Part shown: positions 9,463 to 19,613 of the stretch, in pieces
How the letters are laid out: each line of letters starts with the position of its first letter
Position numbering within the stretch: the stretch's first letter is position 1
Assembly: GCA_046543235.1 (NCBI GenBank)
Contig: JBKGZT010000001.1
Location: 1-57,662 of the forward strand
Direction of reading: 5' to 3'
Origin: Candidatus Acetothermia bacterium
GTDB taxonomy: Bacteria > Bipolaricaulota > Bipolaricaulia > M55B111
DNA: 57,662 nt
Notes under the pieces: generated by a model
Seen by the model: only the letters and a program-made list of their open reading frames with translations
What the model was told of the DNA's origin: nothing
Database searches by the model: none
Translations under genes and position numbers: made by a program

Positions 9463-10314
9463 ATGAGCAATAAATTTGGTCCAGTAGTAGCGGGAAAATT
9501 CTACCCAGGGAAAAGGGAAAGTCTGCTCAAACGGATCGGGGCGTGTTATACCGATGGACACGGACCGGGCGAAGCACCGGACCCGGTAGATCGAGACCTG
9601 GATGGGGACCTCGGGATAATAGCTCCTCACGCCGGCTACAAGTTTTCCGGGCCGGTTGCGGCCCATGCTTACGGCTGGCTGGCTCGCCACGGAAGGCCAG
9701 CGGCGGTCGTAATCCTGGGAACCAACCATACGGGGTTCGGTCCCGGCGCCGCTATTGCCACGGAGGGTTCCTGGGCGACCCCACTGGGCGACGTCCCTAT
9801 AGACGAAGAGCTGGCGAGGAGTATATTCGAGGAAAGCGATGAACTGCGGAATAGGACCGCCGCTTTTTCCAGGGAACACTCGATCGAAGTCCAGTTACCC
9901 TTTCTCCAGCACCTCTGGGGCTCTTGGAAAGGCGCTCTCTCTTTTGTCCCTATTTGCCTGAAGGATCAAAGCAGGTCTGTTGCCGAGGACGTCGGGAAAG
10001 CGCTGGAGGAAGCTACACCGAGGGGAACGTTGGTTGTGGCAAGTACCGATTTTTCCCATTACGAAAGCCAGGAAGTGGCGGTAGAAAAGGACGGCATGGC
10101 TATTGAGGCCATAGTCGAAGGTGATCTTGAAGGTCTTTACGGTAATATATCGGAACACGACATCTCGATCTGTGGTTACGGCGCGGCTGCTTCCCTGATG
10201 ACTTTTGCCTATATCAGGGGGCTCGATCCGGAGGAATTGAAGTACGCCACTTCCGGCGACGTTTCAGGCTTTGGAGAGGAGGTAGTGGGCTATAGTGCAA
10301 TTGGATTCGAATAA
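9463..10314 (+). CDS. MEMO1-family protein (AmmeMemoRadiSam system protein B)
   Basis: Motifs IAPHAGYKFSGPVAAHAY, ILGTNHTG and EHSIEVQLPFLQH. The tracked ORF (from 9094) runs through both tRNA genes. ATG 9463 with an AGGAGGGGG SD is the credible start. Confidence 0.8.
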   Translation: MSNKFGPVVAGKFYPGKRESLLKRIGACYTDGHGPGEAPDPVDRDLDGDLGIIAPHAGYKFSGPVAAHAYGWLARHGRPAAVVILGTNHTGFGPGAAIATEGSWATPLGDVPIDEELARSIFEESDELRNRTAAFSREHSIEVQLPFLQHLWGSWKGALSFVPICLKDQSRSVAEDVGKALEEATPRGTLVVASTDFSHYESQEVAVEKDGMAIEAIVEGDLEGLYGNISEHDISICGYGAAASLMTFAYIRGLDPEELKYATSGDVSGFGEEVVGYSAIGFE

Positions 10315-10333
10315 TGGGAACCCGGTCTATTCG

Positions 10334-11191
10334 ATGACTGGTTACGGCGAAGCCGAGGTTGAGCTGGATGGAAGGAAACTAGAGGCGAGCATCAGGACCT
10401 ACAATCACGATGGTACGTCGATAAGCGTTCGGGGGTTGGATGAGGACCAGGCTACCCTCCACAAAGCCGAAGAACTGCTCAAGGAGTCCTTTCCGCGGGG
10501 GCGGATAGAGGCGAGGATAAAAACCAGGGAGAGGAGTGGTCTACCCCCGGAAGAACTTGATAGGGAGGCCATACGGGGAAGCTACGAGAGCCTCTCGGAG
10601 CTGGCGGAGGATCTTGGTTTAATTGAAGGTCCGACTCTCGGGGATTTGATTTCGCTGGATCTCCTGCATACCAAGCCCCCATATGAAGGTGCATGGTCAC
10701 AGATAAAGGAAGCCTTAAGTGAAGCTGTATCCAGGACCCGACGGGCACAGAGAAAGGAGGGTGAACGGATAAGGGAAGACCTGCTGGGCCACCTGGATGA
10801 GATCGATCGACGATTGGACGAGGCCGAGGAGGGTGTACCCGAGGTGGTTGATCGCTATAAAAGGAACCTGCGGGAGAGAATAAGCGATCTCTTAGAAGGA
10901 GACGAGGCCGTCGTCGGGGGGCGCGAACTGGAAACCGAAGTGGCGAAGTTCGCGGATAAGGTCGACGTGAACGAGGAAATATCCCGGGCGAGGACTCACG
11001 TAAACTCGGCCAGAGATGCCCTGAAGAGCGGTGGTCTGGTCGGTAAAAAACTAAAGTTCCTCTCTCAGGAACTCCAGCGCGAGATCAACACCCTGGGGGC
11101 CAAATCAAAGGACGGGGATATCCAGGGAGAAGTAATAGAAATGAAGCTCGCGCTTGAGAAATTCAAAGAGCAATCCCGCAATCTCGCCTGA
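10334..11191 (+). CDS. yicC: YicC-family stress-induced protein
   Basis: N-terminus MTGYGEAE. C-terminal region VDVNEEISRARTHV and GKKLKFLSQELQREINTLGAKS is typical of YicC (TIGR00255-like). Confidence 0.85.
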   Translation: MTGYGEAEVELDGRKLEASIRTYNHDGTSISVRGLDEDQATLHKAEELLKESFPRGRIEARIKTRERSGLPPEELDREAIRGSYESLSELAEDLGLIEGPTLGDLISLDLLHTKPPYEGAWSQIKEALSEAVSRTRRAQRKEGERIREDLLGHLDEIDRRLDEAEEGVPEVVDRYKRNLRERISDLLEGDEAVVGGRELETEVAKFADKVDVNEEISRARTHVNSARDALKSGGLVGKKLKFLSQELQREINTLGAKSKDGDIQGEVIEMKLALEKFKEQSRNLA

Positions 11192-11265
11192 ACCTGTTAA
11201 CCGGTGAAGATCCATCCGACTGAGGGCCCTCTAACTATTTGAAGAAGAGAGGTGTAGTGGTCCTA

Positions 11266-11880
11266 ATGGATGAAGAGTTACCGTATTCCGATTACGGCAG
11301 GGAAGGAATATTTTTTGTCGTCACCGGGCCATCCGGAGTCGGAAAGACGACGGTGATGGAGCGGTTGCTCGATGAGGACGTTCGGTTGAGCTATTCAGTC
11401 TCCCATACAACACGAGAACCAAGGGCCAACGAAATTCACGGCGAGGATTACTACTTCGTTGCAGAGGAAGAGTTCGAACGGATAAAAGCGCAGGGAGGAT
11501 TTATCGAGTGGGCGGAGATCTACGGTGATTACTACGGGACGTCCCGTCGGGAGATCGATAGAATACGTGAGGGAGGTCTGGATCCCTTTATGGATATAGA
11601 CGTGCAGGGGGCCGCGCAGCTGCGCCGGGATTCCGACTTGGATGGGGTATACGTGTTTCTCGCCCCTCCTTCAATGAAAGAGCTGGAGAGAAGAATTTCC
11701 CGGAGAGGTGAGGAAGACGAGGAAACGACTCGGAAACGCCTTCGCGTTGCCCGAAAAGAGATTACCCGAATTCCCGAATTTGACTACCTTATTGTAAACG
11801 AGGAACTGGACAGGACCGTCTCCTCTCTCAGTTCGGTGATTGAAGCGGAAAGGTTAAAAGTTAAGGGGCGGTGGAGATGA
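11266..11880 (+). CDS. gmk: Guanylate kinase
   Basis: P-loop VVTGPSGVGKTT and SVSHTTREPRANEIHGEDYYFV motif. Start is ambiguous (TTG 11239, GTG 11257, ATG 11266). Confidence 0.9.
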   Translation: MDEELPYSDYGREGIFFVVTGPSGVGKTTVMERLLDEDVRLSYSVSHTTREPRANEIHGEDYYFVAEEEFERIKAQGGFIEWAEIYGDYYGTSRREIDRIREGGLDPFMDIDVQGAAQLRRDSDLDGVYVFLAPPSMKELERRISRRGEEDEETTRKRLRVARKEITRIPEFDYLIVNEELDRTVSSLSSVIEAERLKVKGRWR

Positions 11881-12233
11881 TAGAAGGGCTCGGCGTGGAC
11901 CTCGTTTCAGTAGAACGGTTACGGTCGGTCGTCGAGAGGCGGGGTGAGGAATTCCTGCAAAGGGTATTTACCGAAAAGGAGAGGGAATACTGTCTAAGCA
12001 GGAGTAGAAAATTCGAACACCTGGCCGGCAGGTTTGCGGCGAAGGAATCAATCGTGAAGGCGGTCGGTCACAAGTTGCCCTGGCTGGGAATTGAGGTTTT
12101 ATCAGGCGAGGACGGAAACCCTTCTGCAAAGCTGGTTGACGAAGAAATTGTCGGCAGGCCGGTGGTTCACGTTTCCATCAGCCACACGGCAAGTTACGCG
12201 ATCGCAGTGGCGATCCTCGAAGCCGAGAGCTAG
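11877..12233 (+). CDS. acpS: Holo-[acyl-carrier-protein] synthase
   Basis: MIEGLGVDLVSVERL N-terminus and FAAKESIVKA motif, about 118 aa. Overlaps the gmk stop. Confidence 0.85.
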   Translation: MIEGLGVDLVSVERLRSVVERRGEEFLQRVFTEKEREYCLSRSRKFEHLAGRFAAKESIVKAVGHKLPWLGIEVLSGEDGNPSAKLVDEEIVGRPVVHVSISHTASYAIAVAILEAES

Positions 12234-12272
12234 GGATTAGGGATGGATGTCGTTCCGATCTCCTGCACGCGT

Positions 12273-12854
12273 TCAAACTTTTCGCTCTTCGCCCCGGATT
12301 AGTCGAGCTATGTTTCCCCTGTGGGTGAAGAATACGAAAGCGGTTAGGGCCAGGGAAACCCACAGCGGGATACCCGGCCCCTTGATAAGATAAAGGGTTG
12401 CTGGAACCGAAGAGATGGCGGTCAAAGAGCTCAACCCGGCTATATTCCAGGTCGAGAATACCAGTATCCATACCCCGGCGAACACGAGCCCGGTCGGCCA
12501 GGAGACGAAACTTATCGCACCTAACGACGTGGCCACTCCTTTGCCGCCGGAAAAGCCGAGGAAAGGGTTGTAAACGTGTCCCAGAACAGCGAGAAAGCCC
12601 AGGACCGGAACCAATCCCAGCTGGTGGGCGAGAAAAGCCGCCAGAAACCCCTTTCCAGTATCCAGAAGTAGAGCGAGCCCACCGTACCCCTTTCCACAAA
12701 CGCGTGAGACGTTCGAGGCTCCGGGATTACCGGAACCGTACTGTCGAATGTCGGTGTTTGAAAACACCTTGGGGATTACGTAGCTGAAAGGTATCGTACC
12801 TATAAGATAGGACGCCAGAGCGACCAAAAACAGTAAAGGCAGTTCGGCGGACAT
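12273..12854 (-). CDS. plsY: Glycerol-3-phosphate acyltransferase PlsY
   Basis: 193-aa membrane protein with the GSGNPGASNV motif. Confidence 0.9.
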   Translation of the reverse strand: MSAELPLLFLVALASYLIGTIPFSYVIPKVFSNTDIRQYGSGNPGASNVSRVCGKGYGGLALLLDTGKGFLAAFLAHQLGLVPVLGFLAVLGHVYNPFLGFSGGKGVATSLGAISFVSWPTGLVFAGVWILVFSTWNIAGLSSLTAISSVPATLYLIKGPGIPLWVSLALTAFVFFTHRGNIARLIRGEERKV

Positions 12855-12862
12855 TCAGGTGG

Positions 12863-14533
12863 TTAGAAGCCCTTGTCTTCCAGGTGCTCCCTCATGGAGA
12901 TCGTCTCGTGCCCGCTGTCGTCGTCCTCGGATTCCCCTTCCTGAGAAGAACCGGATTCTTCCTCTTCCAGAATTCTGATCGAGAGACGAACCTGTCTTTT
13001 TTCGTCGTTAATTCCGATTATCTTGGCTTCTACCTCTTCCCCTACTTCTACCACGTCCTCGGGGTCCGAAACCTTCTCAGGGGAGAGTTCCGAAACGTGA
13101 ATCAATCCTTCGACGTCGCTGGTTATCTTGATAAACGCGCCGAACTCCTTGATCTCCGATATTTCGCCCTTGACTTTCGAGCCGACCGAGTAAAGATCCT
13201 GGAACTCGTGCCACGGGTCCTTCTGAGCCTGCTTGATGCTCAAGCTGATCCGTCTGTCGTCCTTGTCTACTTCGAGTACCTGAGTGTTTACCTGATCACC
13301 TTCGGAGAGCATGTCGCTTGGGTGATTTACGTGATCCCAGGATAGTTCGGAGACATGGACGAGGCCTTCGACACCTTCCTCAAGCTGGACGAAAGCGCCA
13401 AAGTCCGTTACCTTCGTTACCTTCCCGCTGACTTCCGTACCCGGCTCGTACTCTTCTTCGATCCTTTCCCACGGATCTTCCTGGGCTTTTCTGGCGGAGA
13501 GGCTAATCCTCTGTTCCTCTTCGTCCACTTCAAGAACTTCTGCCTCGACCGTTTCCCCGACCTCTATTACTTCGTGAGGATCCTCGGGGTAGCCCCAGGA
13601 GAGTTCAGATATATGAATTAACCCTTCGACGTCTTCTTCCAGTTCGACGAAGGCACCGAAGTCCGTAATCGAGACGACTTCCCCTTCCACCGTCTTTCCT
13701 ACCGGATATCGTTTGGATACGCCTTCCCAGGGATTGGGTTTCAGGCGTTTGATTGAGAGGGAGATCTTTTCTTCCTCCCTGTTCATGTCTATGACTTTTA
13801 CTTCTACCGTGTCCCCTTCCTCGTACTCGTCGGGAGGCGCAGGTAAGTCCTTCCAGCTGATTTCCGATCTATGTACCAGGCCTTCGAACCCGCCGATGTC
13901 GACGAATAGCCCAAAATCGACTTTGGACTTGATCTCCCCTTCGACGGTATCTCCCGGCTCCAGATCTTCGAATAACTTATCTATCTGTTTTTCTCTTTCC
14001 TCGTCCAAGTATTCCCGGCGCGAGATCACGATATTCCTATTCTTCCTGCTCAGCTCCAGGATTTTAAAGTTCAGCTCCTTTCCTTTGAGCTCGGAGATCA
14101 CGCTGGGCATGTCAGATCCCAGGTGCGAGCCCGGAAGGAAGGCCTGAATGCCGTCCACGTTCACGTGGTAACCGGCGCTTTTGACCTCTTCTGTTATGGT
14201 CCCGGTAATGGTTTCGTCCTTCTTGAATGCCTCTTCCAGTTCACCGATCTTGCGCTCGTAAGCTGCCTGTTTTTCCGAGACGTAGACCGTGCCCTTTTCC
14301 TCGTCGATGTAAGTTACCAGTACCTCGACCTCTTCGCCGGGTTCTATTTCCTCTCTTTCCCGAAACGGGGAAAGTTCCGACTTGGGCAGGATGCCCTCGG
14401 ACTTGTAACCGATATCTACCAGAATGTCCTTGTCTTCCACCTGGACGACGCTGCCAGTAATGGTATCGCCCCGGCTGTATGTCCTGACGTCTGTCTCGTC
14501 AAACGCTTCTTCCATCTTGATTTTTTCTTCCAT
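12863..14533 (-). CDS. rpsA: 30S ribosomal protein S1
   Basis: Six tandem S1 (OB-fold) repeats, e.g. GxVxxVxDFGAFVxLxxxVEGLIHISEL. Conserved cmk-rpsA neighbourhood. Start taken at the internal ATG (MEEKIKMEEAF); the ORF opens at 14587. Confidence 0.9.
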   Translation of the reverse strand: MEEKIKMEEAFDETDVRTYSRGDTITGSVVQVEDKDILVDIGYKSEGILPKSELSPFREREEIEPGEEVEVLVTYIDEEKGTVYVSEKQAAYERKIGELEEAFKKDETITGTITEEVKSAGYHVNVDGIQAFLPGSHLGSDMPSVISELKGKELNFKILELSRKNRNIVISRREYLDEEREKQIDKLFEDLEPGDTVEGEIKSKVDFGLFVDIGGFEGLVHRSEISWKDLPAPPDEYEEGDTVEVKVIDMNREEEKISLSIKRLKPNPWEGVSKRYPVGKTVEGEVVSITDFGAFVELEEDVEGLIHISELSWGYPEDPHEVIEVGETVEAEVLEVDEEEQRISLSARKAQEDPWERIEEEYEPGTEVSGKVTKVTDFGAFVQLEEGVEGLVHVSELSWDHVNHPSDMLSEGDQVNTQVLEVDKDDRRISLSIKQAQKDPWHEFQDLYSVGSKVKGEISEIKEFGAFIKITSDVEGLIHVSELSPEKVSDPEDVVEVGEEVEAKIIGINDEKRQVRLSIRILEEEESGSSQEGESEDDDSGHETISMREHLEDKGF

Positions 14534-14703
14534 CAAACGACCACCTGTTGAGTTTGTTTTTGACAAATCCGAATTGATTTCAATCAAATTGACTACCGAC
14601 TTGCCATAAGTTACAATATGATAACCTTTCTGTCTCTTTGAATCAACAGTTACCGTGAGATAGAATTGTTTTTTCTGCCCTTACTGTGCCGCCAGGGCGA
14701 CGG

Positions 14704-15354
14704 TTAAAGTTCGTTTACTATCTTCATGAGCGTTGTGGTCAACCTGCGGTAGTCCGTCGAGGACGCTTCTCCCGAATTCGGCTTTCTAGTTTCGTCGGCT
14801 CGGTCCTTCAAATCCTGGAGGTCGAAGGGTTTACCTATAGTGAGGACGGCGGGTGCGAAGAAGAAGGGATACTGAAGCGGGCTGCGTTCTATCTTGATTT
14901 TCACGGGAAGGAACCTCCGGTCAGTTTTTTCGGCCAGCCTGACGGTTCCGCTTTTTGGCGGGGCGCCTTCGGAGGTCGTTCCTTCGGGAAAGATGCAGAG
15001 TAATCCTTCTTCTCTAAAAGCCGCAAGCATTTTTCTCAGATCGCCTTTACCAAAATTGTCCCTGTTGATCGTGGTCGAGAACCACCTTACAGGATATTTG
15101 AATATCGGGTTATTTAGCAGTCCTTCGCGGGCTATGAAATGAACCTGTCGGCCCAGTCCGAATACGATCCCGATAAAAGGTGGATCCCAGTAGCTCGTAT
15201 GAGAGGCGGTTATGAGTACCCGATCCGTATTTTGCGGGATGTTTTCTTTCCCCCTGACCCGAAGGTTAAATAATAGCTTCACCACGGGCTTCAGTATCAG
15301 CAGAATCAGACGATAAACCAGGTTACGGAGTTTATTCAGCGTTTTTTTCTTCAT
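14704..15354 (-). CDS. plsC: 1-acyl-sn-glycerol-3-phosphate acyltransferase
   Basis: HxxxxD motif SHTSYWDPPF and FPEGTTSEG motif. Start is ambiguous: ATG 15354, or TTG 15399 which overlaps cmk by 35 nt. Confidence 0.8.
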   Translation of the reverse strand: MKKKTLNKLRNLVYRLILLILKPVVKLLFNLRVRGKENIPQNTDRVLITASHTSYWDPPFIGIVFGLGRQVHFIAREGLLNNPIFKYPVRWFSTTINRDNFGKGDLRKMLAAFREEGLLCIFPEGTTSEGAPPKSGTVRLAEKTDRRFLPVKIKIERSPLQYPFFFAPAVLTIGKPFDLQDLKDRADETRKPNSGEASSTDYRRLTTTLMKIVNEL

Positions 15355-15364
15355 TTGAAATTTT

Positions 15365-15997
15365 CTAATCAGTTTCGTCGGAGAGAAATCGTTCAACAAG
15401 CTCGCTTACCTGCTCTATGACCTCTCTTTCTGAAAGCTCGGTCGTGTCAATTATAGTTGCTTCCTCGGCGGGCTTCAGCGGGGCGACCTCCCTTTCCTCG
15501 TCCCTCCGGTCTCGCCGCTTTATCCCCTCTTCAATTTTTCCCAGCGGGCGGTCGAGATCCAGCTGTTTTTTTCTCCTCCTGGCGCGTTCGCGGGCAGAAG
15601 CGGTGAGAAATACCTTGACGTCTGCTTCCGGCAAAACCACGGTACCGATATCCCTTCCCTCGACGAGAACGTCCCTCGTTTGAGCTATATCGTGTATCCT
15701 GTCGTTTACGAGATCCCTTATCTCGGCCCTTTGGGCCAGTTTCGAGGCTTCTTCTCCCACTTCTTCCGTGTCGAGATCCTCCGGGATCCCTTCCCCGTTC
15801 AGGAGCAATTCTGGCACGCATCCCGTGCCCGGTTTCAGCGTTAGAGTTCTGTAGTCCTTTGATTGAAGCTTGCCGTAGGCTATCCCTCTATAAAGCCGTC
15901 CTGATTGAACGAATAGGAGGCCGAAACTCTCGGCGACCTCTCGACCGACGCTGGTCTTTCCTACCCCGGCCGGACCGTCGATAGTAACACGAACCAC
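15365..15997 (-). CDS. cmk: Cytidylate kinase
   Basis: VTIDGPAGVGKTSV P-loop and DGRDIGTVV-like motif (VEGRDIGTVVLP). GTG start. Confidence 0.9.
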   Translation of the reverse strand: MVRVTIDGPAGVGKTSVGREVAESFGLLFVQSGRLYRGIAYGKLQSKDYRTLTLKPGTGCVPELLLNGEGIPEDLDTEEVGEEASKLAQRAEIRDLVNDRIHDIAQTRDVLVEGRDIGTVVLPEADVKVFLTASARERARRRKKQLDLDRPLGKIEEGIKRRDRRDEEREVAPLKPAEEATIIDTTELSEREVIEQVSELVERFLSDETD

Positions 15998-15998
15998 C

Positions 15999-16895
15999 TT
16001 ACTCCCCCTCCCCGGAAATTACCTGACCCGTCTTCGTCGGCCTCGTGATTTCCAGCCTGCCACCTCTCGGGTGCGAACTAAGTTCGGGCTGAAGGTGCTC
16101 CTTTACGGCTTCGGGGGAGGTTCCCGGTTCGGTAATTCCGAAAACGGCACTTCCGCTTCCCGATAAACCCGAGGTCGTTATGAGCGGAGAACGTTCCATG
16201 ATTTCCAGGTATTCCGAAATCTCCGGGCGTAACCTCAGGGCCGGTTCCTGTAGGTCGTTCCTGATCTGGTAGCCTTCCGGCGGTTCCTCGTTAACTTTTT
16301 CCCGGCCCTCGCGTTGTTGGGTTTCTCCCTCCCGTTCAATCCGATCGAATTCCGAATAAACTTCGCCGGTGAGCTGTGAAAAGGGAGGGGCGATGATCGG
16401 AACCAGTCGATCCGTGAACGGGTTATCCAGCCGTTGCAGAAGATCCCCGGTACCGCCGGCCTTACAGTATCCGCCGTAAAAGAAGAAAGGGATGTCTGCC
16501 CCGAAGTCCCCCCCGATTTCGATAAGCCTGTTTCTCGAAAGACCACATTTCCACAGTCGATTTAACGCAATCAAAGTGGTGGCCGCGTCCGAGCTTCCGC
16601 CCCCGAGCCCCCCTCCAATTGGTATCCGCTTCTCCAGAATTATCCTCGCGCCGGAATCGACCGAACAGAGAGCCTGTAGCTTCTTTGCCACCCTGTAGCA
16701 GAGGTTTTCCTCTCTCGGGATTTCGGACTCCGTCTCGATTATTAAACTCTCTTCCGGAATTGATTCGAAGGTTAATCTGTCGTCCAGGTTGACGCTTAGG
16801 TAAGATATTTCTAGCTCGTGGTAGCCGTCTCTTCTGGTCCCCGTGATTTCCAGGTAAGGGTTTACCTTCGCAAATGATCTGGCAAATAATTTCAC
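15999..16895 (-). CDS. ispE: 4-diphosphocytidyl-2-C-methyl-D-erythritol kinase
   Basis: GHMP kinase motif PIGGGLGGGSSDAA and KVNPYLEITG N-terminus. GTG start. Confidence 0.9.
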   Translation of the reverse strand: MKLFARSFAKVNPYLEITGTRRDGYHELEISYLSVNLDDRLTFESIPEESLIIETESEIPREENLCYRVAKKLQALCSVDSGARIILEKRIPIGGGLGGGSSDAATTLIALNRLWKCGLSRNRLIEIGGDFGADIPFFFYGGYCKAGGTGDLLQRLDNPFTDRLVPIIAPPFSQLTGEVYSEFDRIEREGETQQREGREKVNEEPPEGYQIRNDLQEPALRLRPEISEYLEIMERSPLITTSGLSGSGSAVFGITEPGTSPEAVKEHLQPELSSHPRGGRLEITRPTKTGQVISGEGE

Positions 16896-17184
16896 CTTAA
16901 GAGCCCTCCGTCTCCGGTTCCATATGGATCAATCGGGCCACGTTATAGACTCCCCCTTTTTGACCCTCCGAACGCCGTGTCGGCATTCAAATTCGGATGA
17001 TTCCTCCCGAGTTTTTCGGTCCCGGGTGCTTTCAAGCGGTTGACAAATTCCGACGCTATTTCGGATCTGATCGGCGCAAATTATACCCGGCGAACTAGAC
17101 GTCGACAAGAGTTCCAGCCGTTCGTATGCTGGAAGAATTCTCCGGACTCAACTATAATGAAAGCACTGGAGGTAATCGATCGAA

Positions 17185-18075
17185 TTGAAATCTGGATTTG
17201 TTCATTTGCTTGGGAAATCGAACGTCGGTAAATCCACGTTTATAAATGGGGTCGTCGGCGAGAAAGTTTCTATCACTTCCGACAAACCACAAACCACCCG
17301 AAACAGAATCAAGTGTATTTACAATCGAGAAGAGTCACAGGTCGTTTTCCTGGATACTCCAGGGGTTCACGAGCCGGAGGACCCGCTTGGTAACTACCTG
17401 GTGGACGAAGCAAAGAAGGGAGTGAAGGGGGGTGACCTGCTGCTGTATATGGTAGAGGCCTGGGGGGAAGTACGTGAGGACGAACGCCCATTTTTGAGGA
17501 AGGTTGCCAGCCAGGACGAACCAGCTATTTTGCTCGTAAACAAGGTCGACCTTGCCACACCGGAAGAGATAGCCAGAACCCTGAAGGCCTACGAAGGAGA
17601 GGAGATATTCGACGAATACGTGCCTATTTCCGCGCTTACCGGGGACGGCGTGGATATAGCCCTGGACGAAATCATCACCTACCTACCGGAAGGGGAACGC
17701 CTGTTTCCGGAGGAGATGAATACGGACAAGCCAATGGGTTTTCTCATGTCGGAACTCGTCAGGGAAAAGGTCTACCAGCTAACTTACGAGGAACTACCTT
17801 ATTCGGTCGCTACCCGAACCAAATCCTACGAGGAAAGGGAAGACGAGGACTTGATGGAGGTTTACGTGGACGTTTTTGTGGTCCGGGAATCTCAAAAAGG
17901 CATAATTATCGGAGAGGGAGGGAAGAAGATCAAACAAATCGGTCAAAGGGCCCGGGAGGATCTGGAAAGGATGGTTGGGAGCAAAGTTTACCTCGATCTG
18001 AAAGTAAAGGTCGCCAAGAACTGGAACAGGCACGACGAATCGGTCGAGTCCTTGACGGGGTTCGAAACGGAGTAA
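17185..18075 (+). CDS. era: GTPase Era
   Basis: KSGFVHLLGKSNVGKSTFIN (G1), DTPG (G3), NKVD (G4) and a C-terminal KH domain. TTG start. Confidence 0.95.
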   Translation: MKSGFVHLLGKSNVGKSTFINGVVGEKVSITSDKPQTTRNRIKCIYNREESQVVFLDTPGVHEPEDPLGNYLVDEAKKGVKGGDLLLYMVEAWGEVREDERPFLRKVASQDEPAILLVNKVDLATPEEIARTLKAYEGEEIFDEYVPISALTGDGVDIALDEIITYLPEGERLFPEEMNTDKPMGFLMSELVREKVYQLTYEELPYSVATRTKSYEEREDEDLMEVYVDVFVVRESQKGIIIGEGGKKIKQIGQRAREDLERMVGSKVYLDLKVKVAKNWNRHDESVESLTGFETE

Positions 18076-18093
18076 TATAAAAAGGAGGTCGGG

Positions 18094-18768
18094 ATGGAGA
18101 AGTCAGAACTTGCCGGAAGGATCGATCACACGACTCTCGGAAGGAATTCTACCGAGGCGGAAGTAAGGAGGGTCTGCAGGGAGGCCAAGGAGTACGGTTT
18201 TGCCTCCGTCTGCGTGGAGCCGGTGTACGTTTCGCTGGCGTCGGAACTGCTCGAAGGAGTAACTTCTCTGGTGGATACTGTCGTCGGTTTTCCTCACGGC
18301 ACCCACAAGAGCGAGGTCAAGGGGTTTGAAGCACAGGTCGCCGTCGAGGACGGTGCGGACGAACTCGACATGGTGGCCAATATATCCGGGTTGAAGGAGG
18401 GGAATTACGAGCTGGTCGCTCGCGACATAATGGCCGTAACTGACGTGGCCGAGAAAAGTACCAGGGATATCAACGTAAAAGTAATACTCGAGATGGCGGA
18501 ACTCCAAGAGGAGGAAAAGAGGGCCGGCTGCATTATAGCCGAGGCGAGCGGGGCCGATTTCGTAAAAACCTCGACCGGGTTTGGCCCAGGTGGAGCCACG
18601 ATAGCGGATGTCGAGCTGATGAGCCAGGTAGTATCCGATCGGATGGGGGTCAAAGCGGCAGGGGGAATTGGTGATTACGAAGCCGCCGTGAGTATGTTGG
18701 AAGCCGGCGCGACCAGAATTGGTGCGAGCAGCGGGGTTGAGATAGTCGAGGGTGCGCCCGGTGAGTAG
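18094..18768 (+). CDS. deoC: Deoxyribose-phosphate aldolase
   Basis: IDHTTL N-terminus, Schiff-base lysine context FVKTSTGF, 224 aa. Confidence 0.9.
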   Translation: MEKSELAGRIDHTTLGRNSTEAEVRRVCREAKEYGFASVCVEPVYVSLASELLEGVTSLVDTVVGFPHGTHKSEVKGFEAQVAVEDGADELDMVANISGLKEGNYELVARDIMAVTDVAEKSTRDINVKVILEMAELQEEEKRAGCIIAEASGADFVKTSTGFGPGGATIADVELMSQVVSDRMGVKAAGGIGDYEAAVSMLEAGATRIGASSGVEIVEGAPGE

Positions 18769-18785
18769 AATCCCTTCCTGACGAT

Positions 18786-19532
18786 ATGGCGATAAAGCGC
18801 GTCGAGGCTTTCGTAATTAAGAAGGTAAATTTCAAGGATAGCGACTACATAGTGACTTTTTTCGGGGGGGATTCGGGTAAATTCGCGGGACTGGCCAAGG
18901 GGGCGCGTAAATTCGAGAGCAAGTTCGGCGGCGTATTTGACCTGCTCAATTACGTGGAGGTGGTTTATTACGAGGGTTCCGGCTTGGACTTCCTCAAGGA
19001 AGGAGAGCTGATCCGAAACTGGGAGGGTCTCCGGACCGCCCCGGACGCGATCAACGCGGGTTTACGCTGTGCTCGAACCATAGATAGGGTTCTGGAAGAG
19101 GGGGGGCTAGATAAAGGCTCCTTTGAGTTATTCTGGTCCACTCTTTCCGCCCTGGACGAAAGCCAGGGTAAACCAAAAATGCTGGAGCTTTCCTTTCACC
19201 TCAAGCTATTTCAGCTCCTGGGTTATCGTCCGGTTCTTAACAGGTGTATCGAATGCGGTAAGAGCCTTGAGGGCGAAAGCAGCGTAAGGTTTAGGCCCAA
19301 GGAAGGAGGGGCCATCTGTCGGGATTGCGGGACCGGTGAGGGGATCCGGATATCCGGCGGTCTGAGAAGGGGACTGATAAAGTTACTTGCCCTGCCGCAG
19401 GATCGGGTCCGCCGGCTAAAATTGTCGGAGGATCACATGAAAAGTGGTTTCCTCTTGCTCAGCAGGTTTGGGAGGTATCATTTCGACAGGTCGCTCCTTC
19501 CCGAGGGTCTGGTCGAAGACACCTATATCTAG
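18786..19532 (+). CDS. recO: DNA repair protein RecO
   Basis: OB-fold N-terminus (VEAFVIKKVNFKDSDYIVTFF), zinc motif CIECG...CRDCG, and the conserved era-recO neighbourhood. Confidence 0.85.
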   Translation: MAIKRVEAFVIKKVNFKDSDYIVTFFGGDSGKFAGLAKGARKFESKFGGVFDLLNYVEVVYYEGSGLDFLKEGELIRNWEGLRTAPDAINAGLRCARTIDRVLEEGGLDKGSFELFWSTLSALDESQGKPKMLELSFHLKLFQLLGYRPVLNRCIECGKSLEGESSVRFRPKEGGAICRDCGTGEGIRISGGLRRGLIKLLALPQDRVRRLKLSEDHMKSGFLLLSRFGRYHFDRSLLPEGLVEDTYI

Positions 19533-19613
19533 AACAGAATTAGTTTTTCTGTCTGTACTCTTTTGAATTAGGAAAACGGATTGGTTACCATCATTTTACC
19601 ACGGGTGAGTCAA

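Noticed and set aside
17040-17231. 63-aa ORF in the ispE-era divergent spacer.
   Set aside because: It overlaps the era start in another frame, has no SD and no motifs. The region is more plausibly divergent promoter and leader sequence.
19534-19552. Small hairpin acagaa-N7-ttctgt after recO as a terminator.
   Set aside because: It is only a 6-bp AU-rich stem with a weak T-tract. The hpf gene follows closely and may be co-transcribed.
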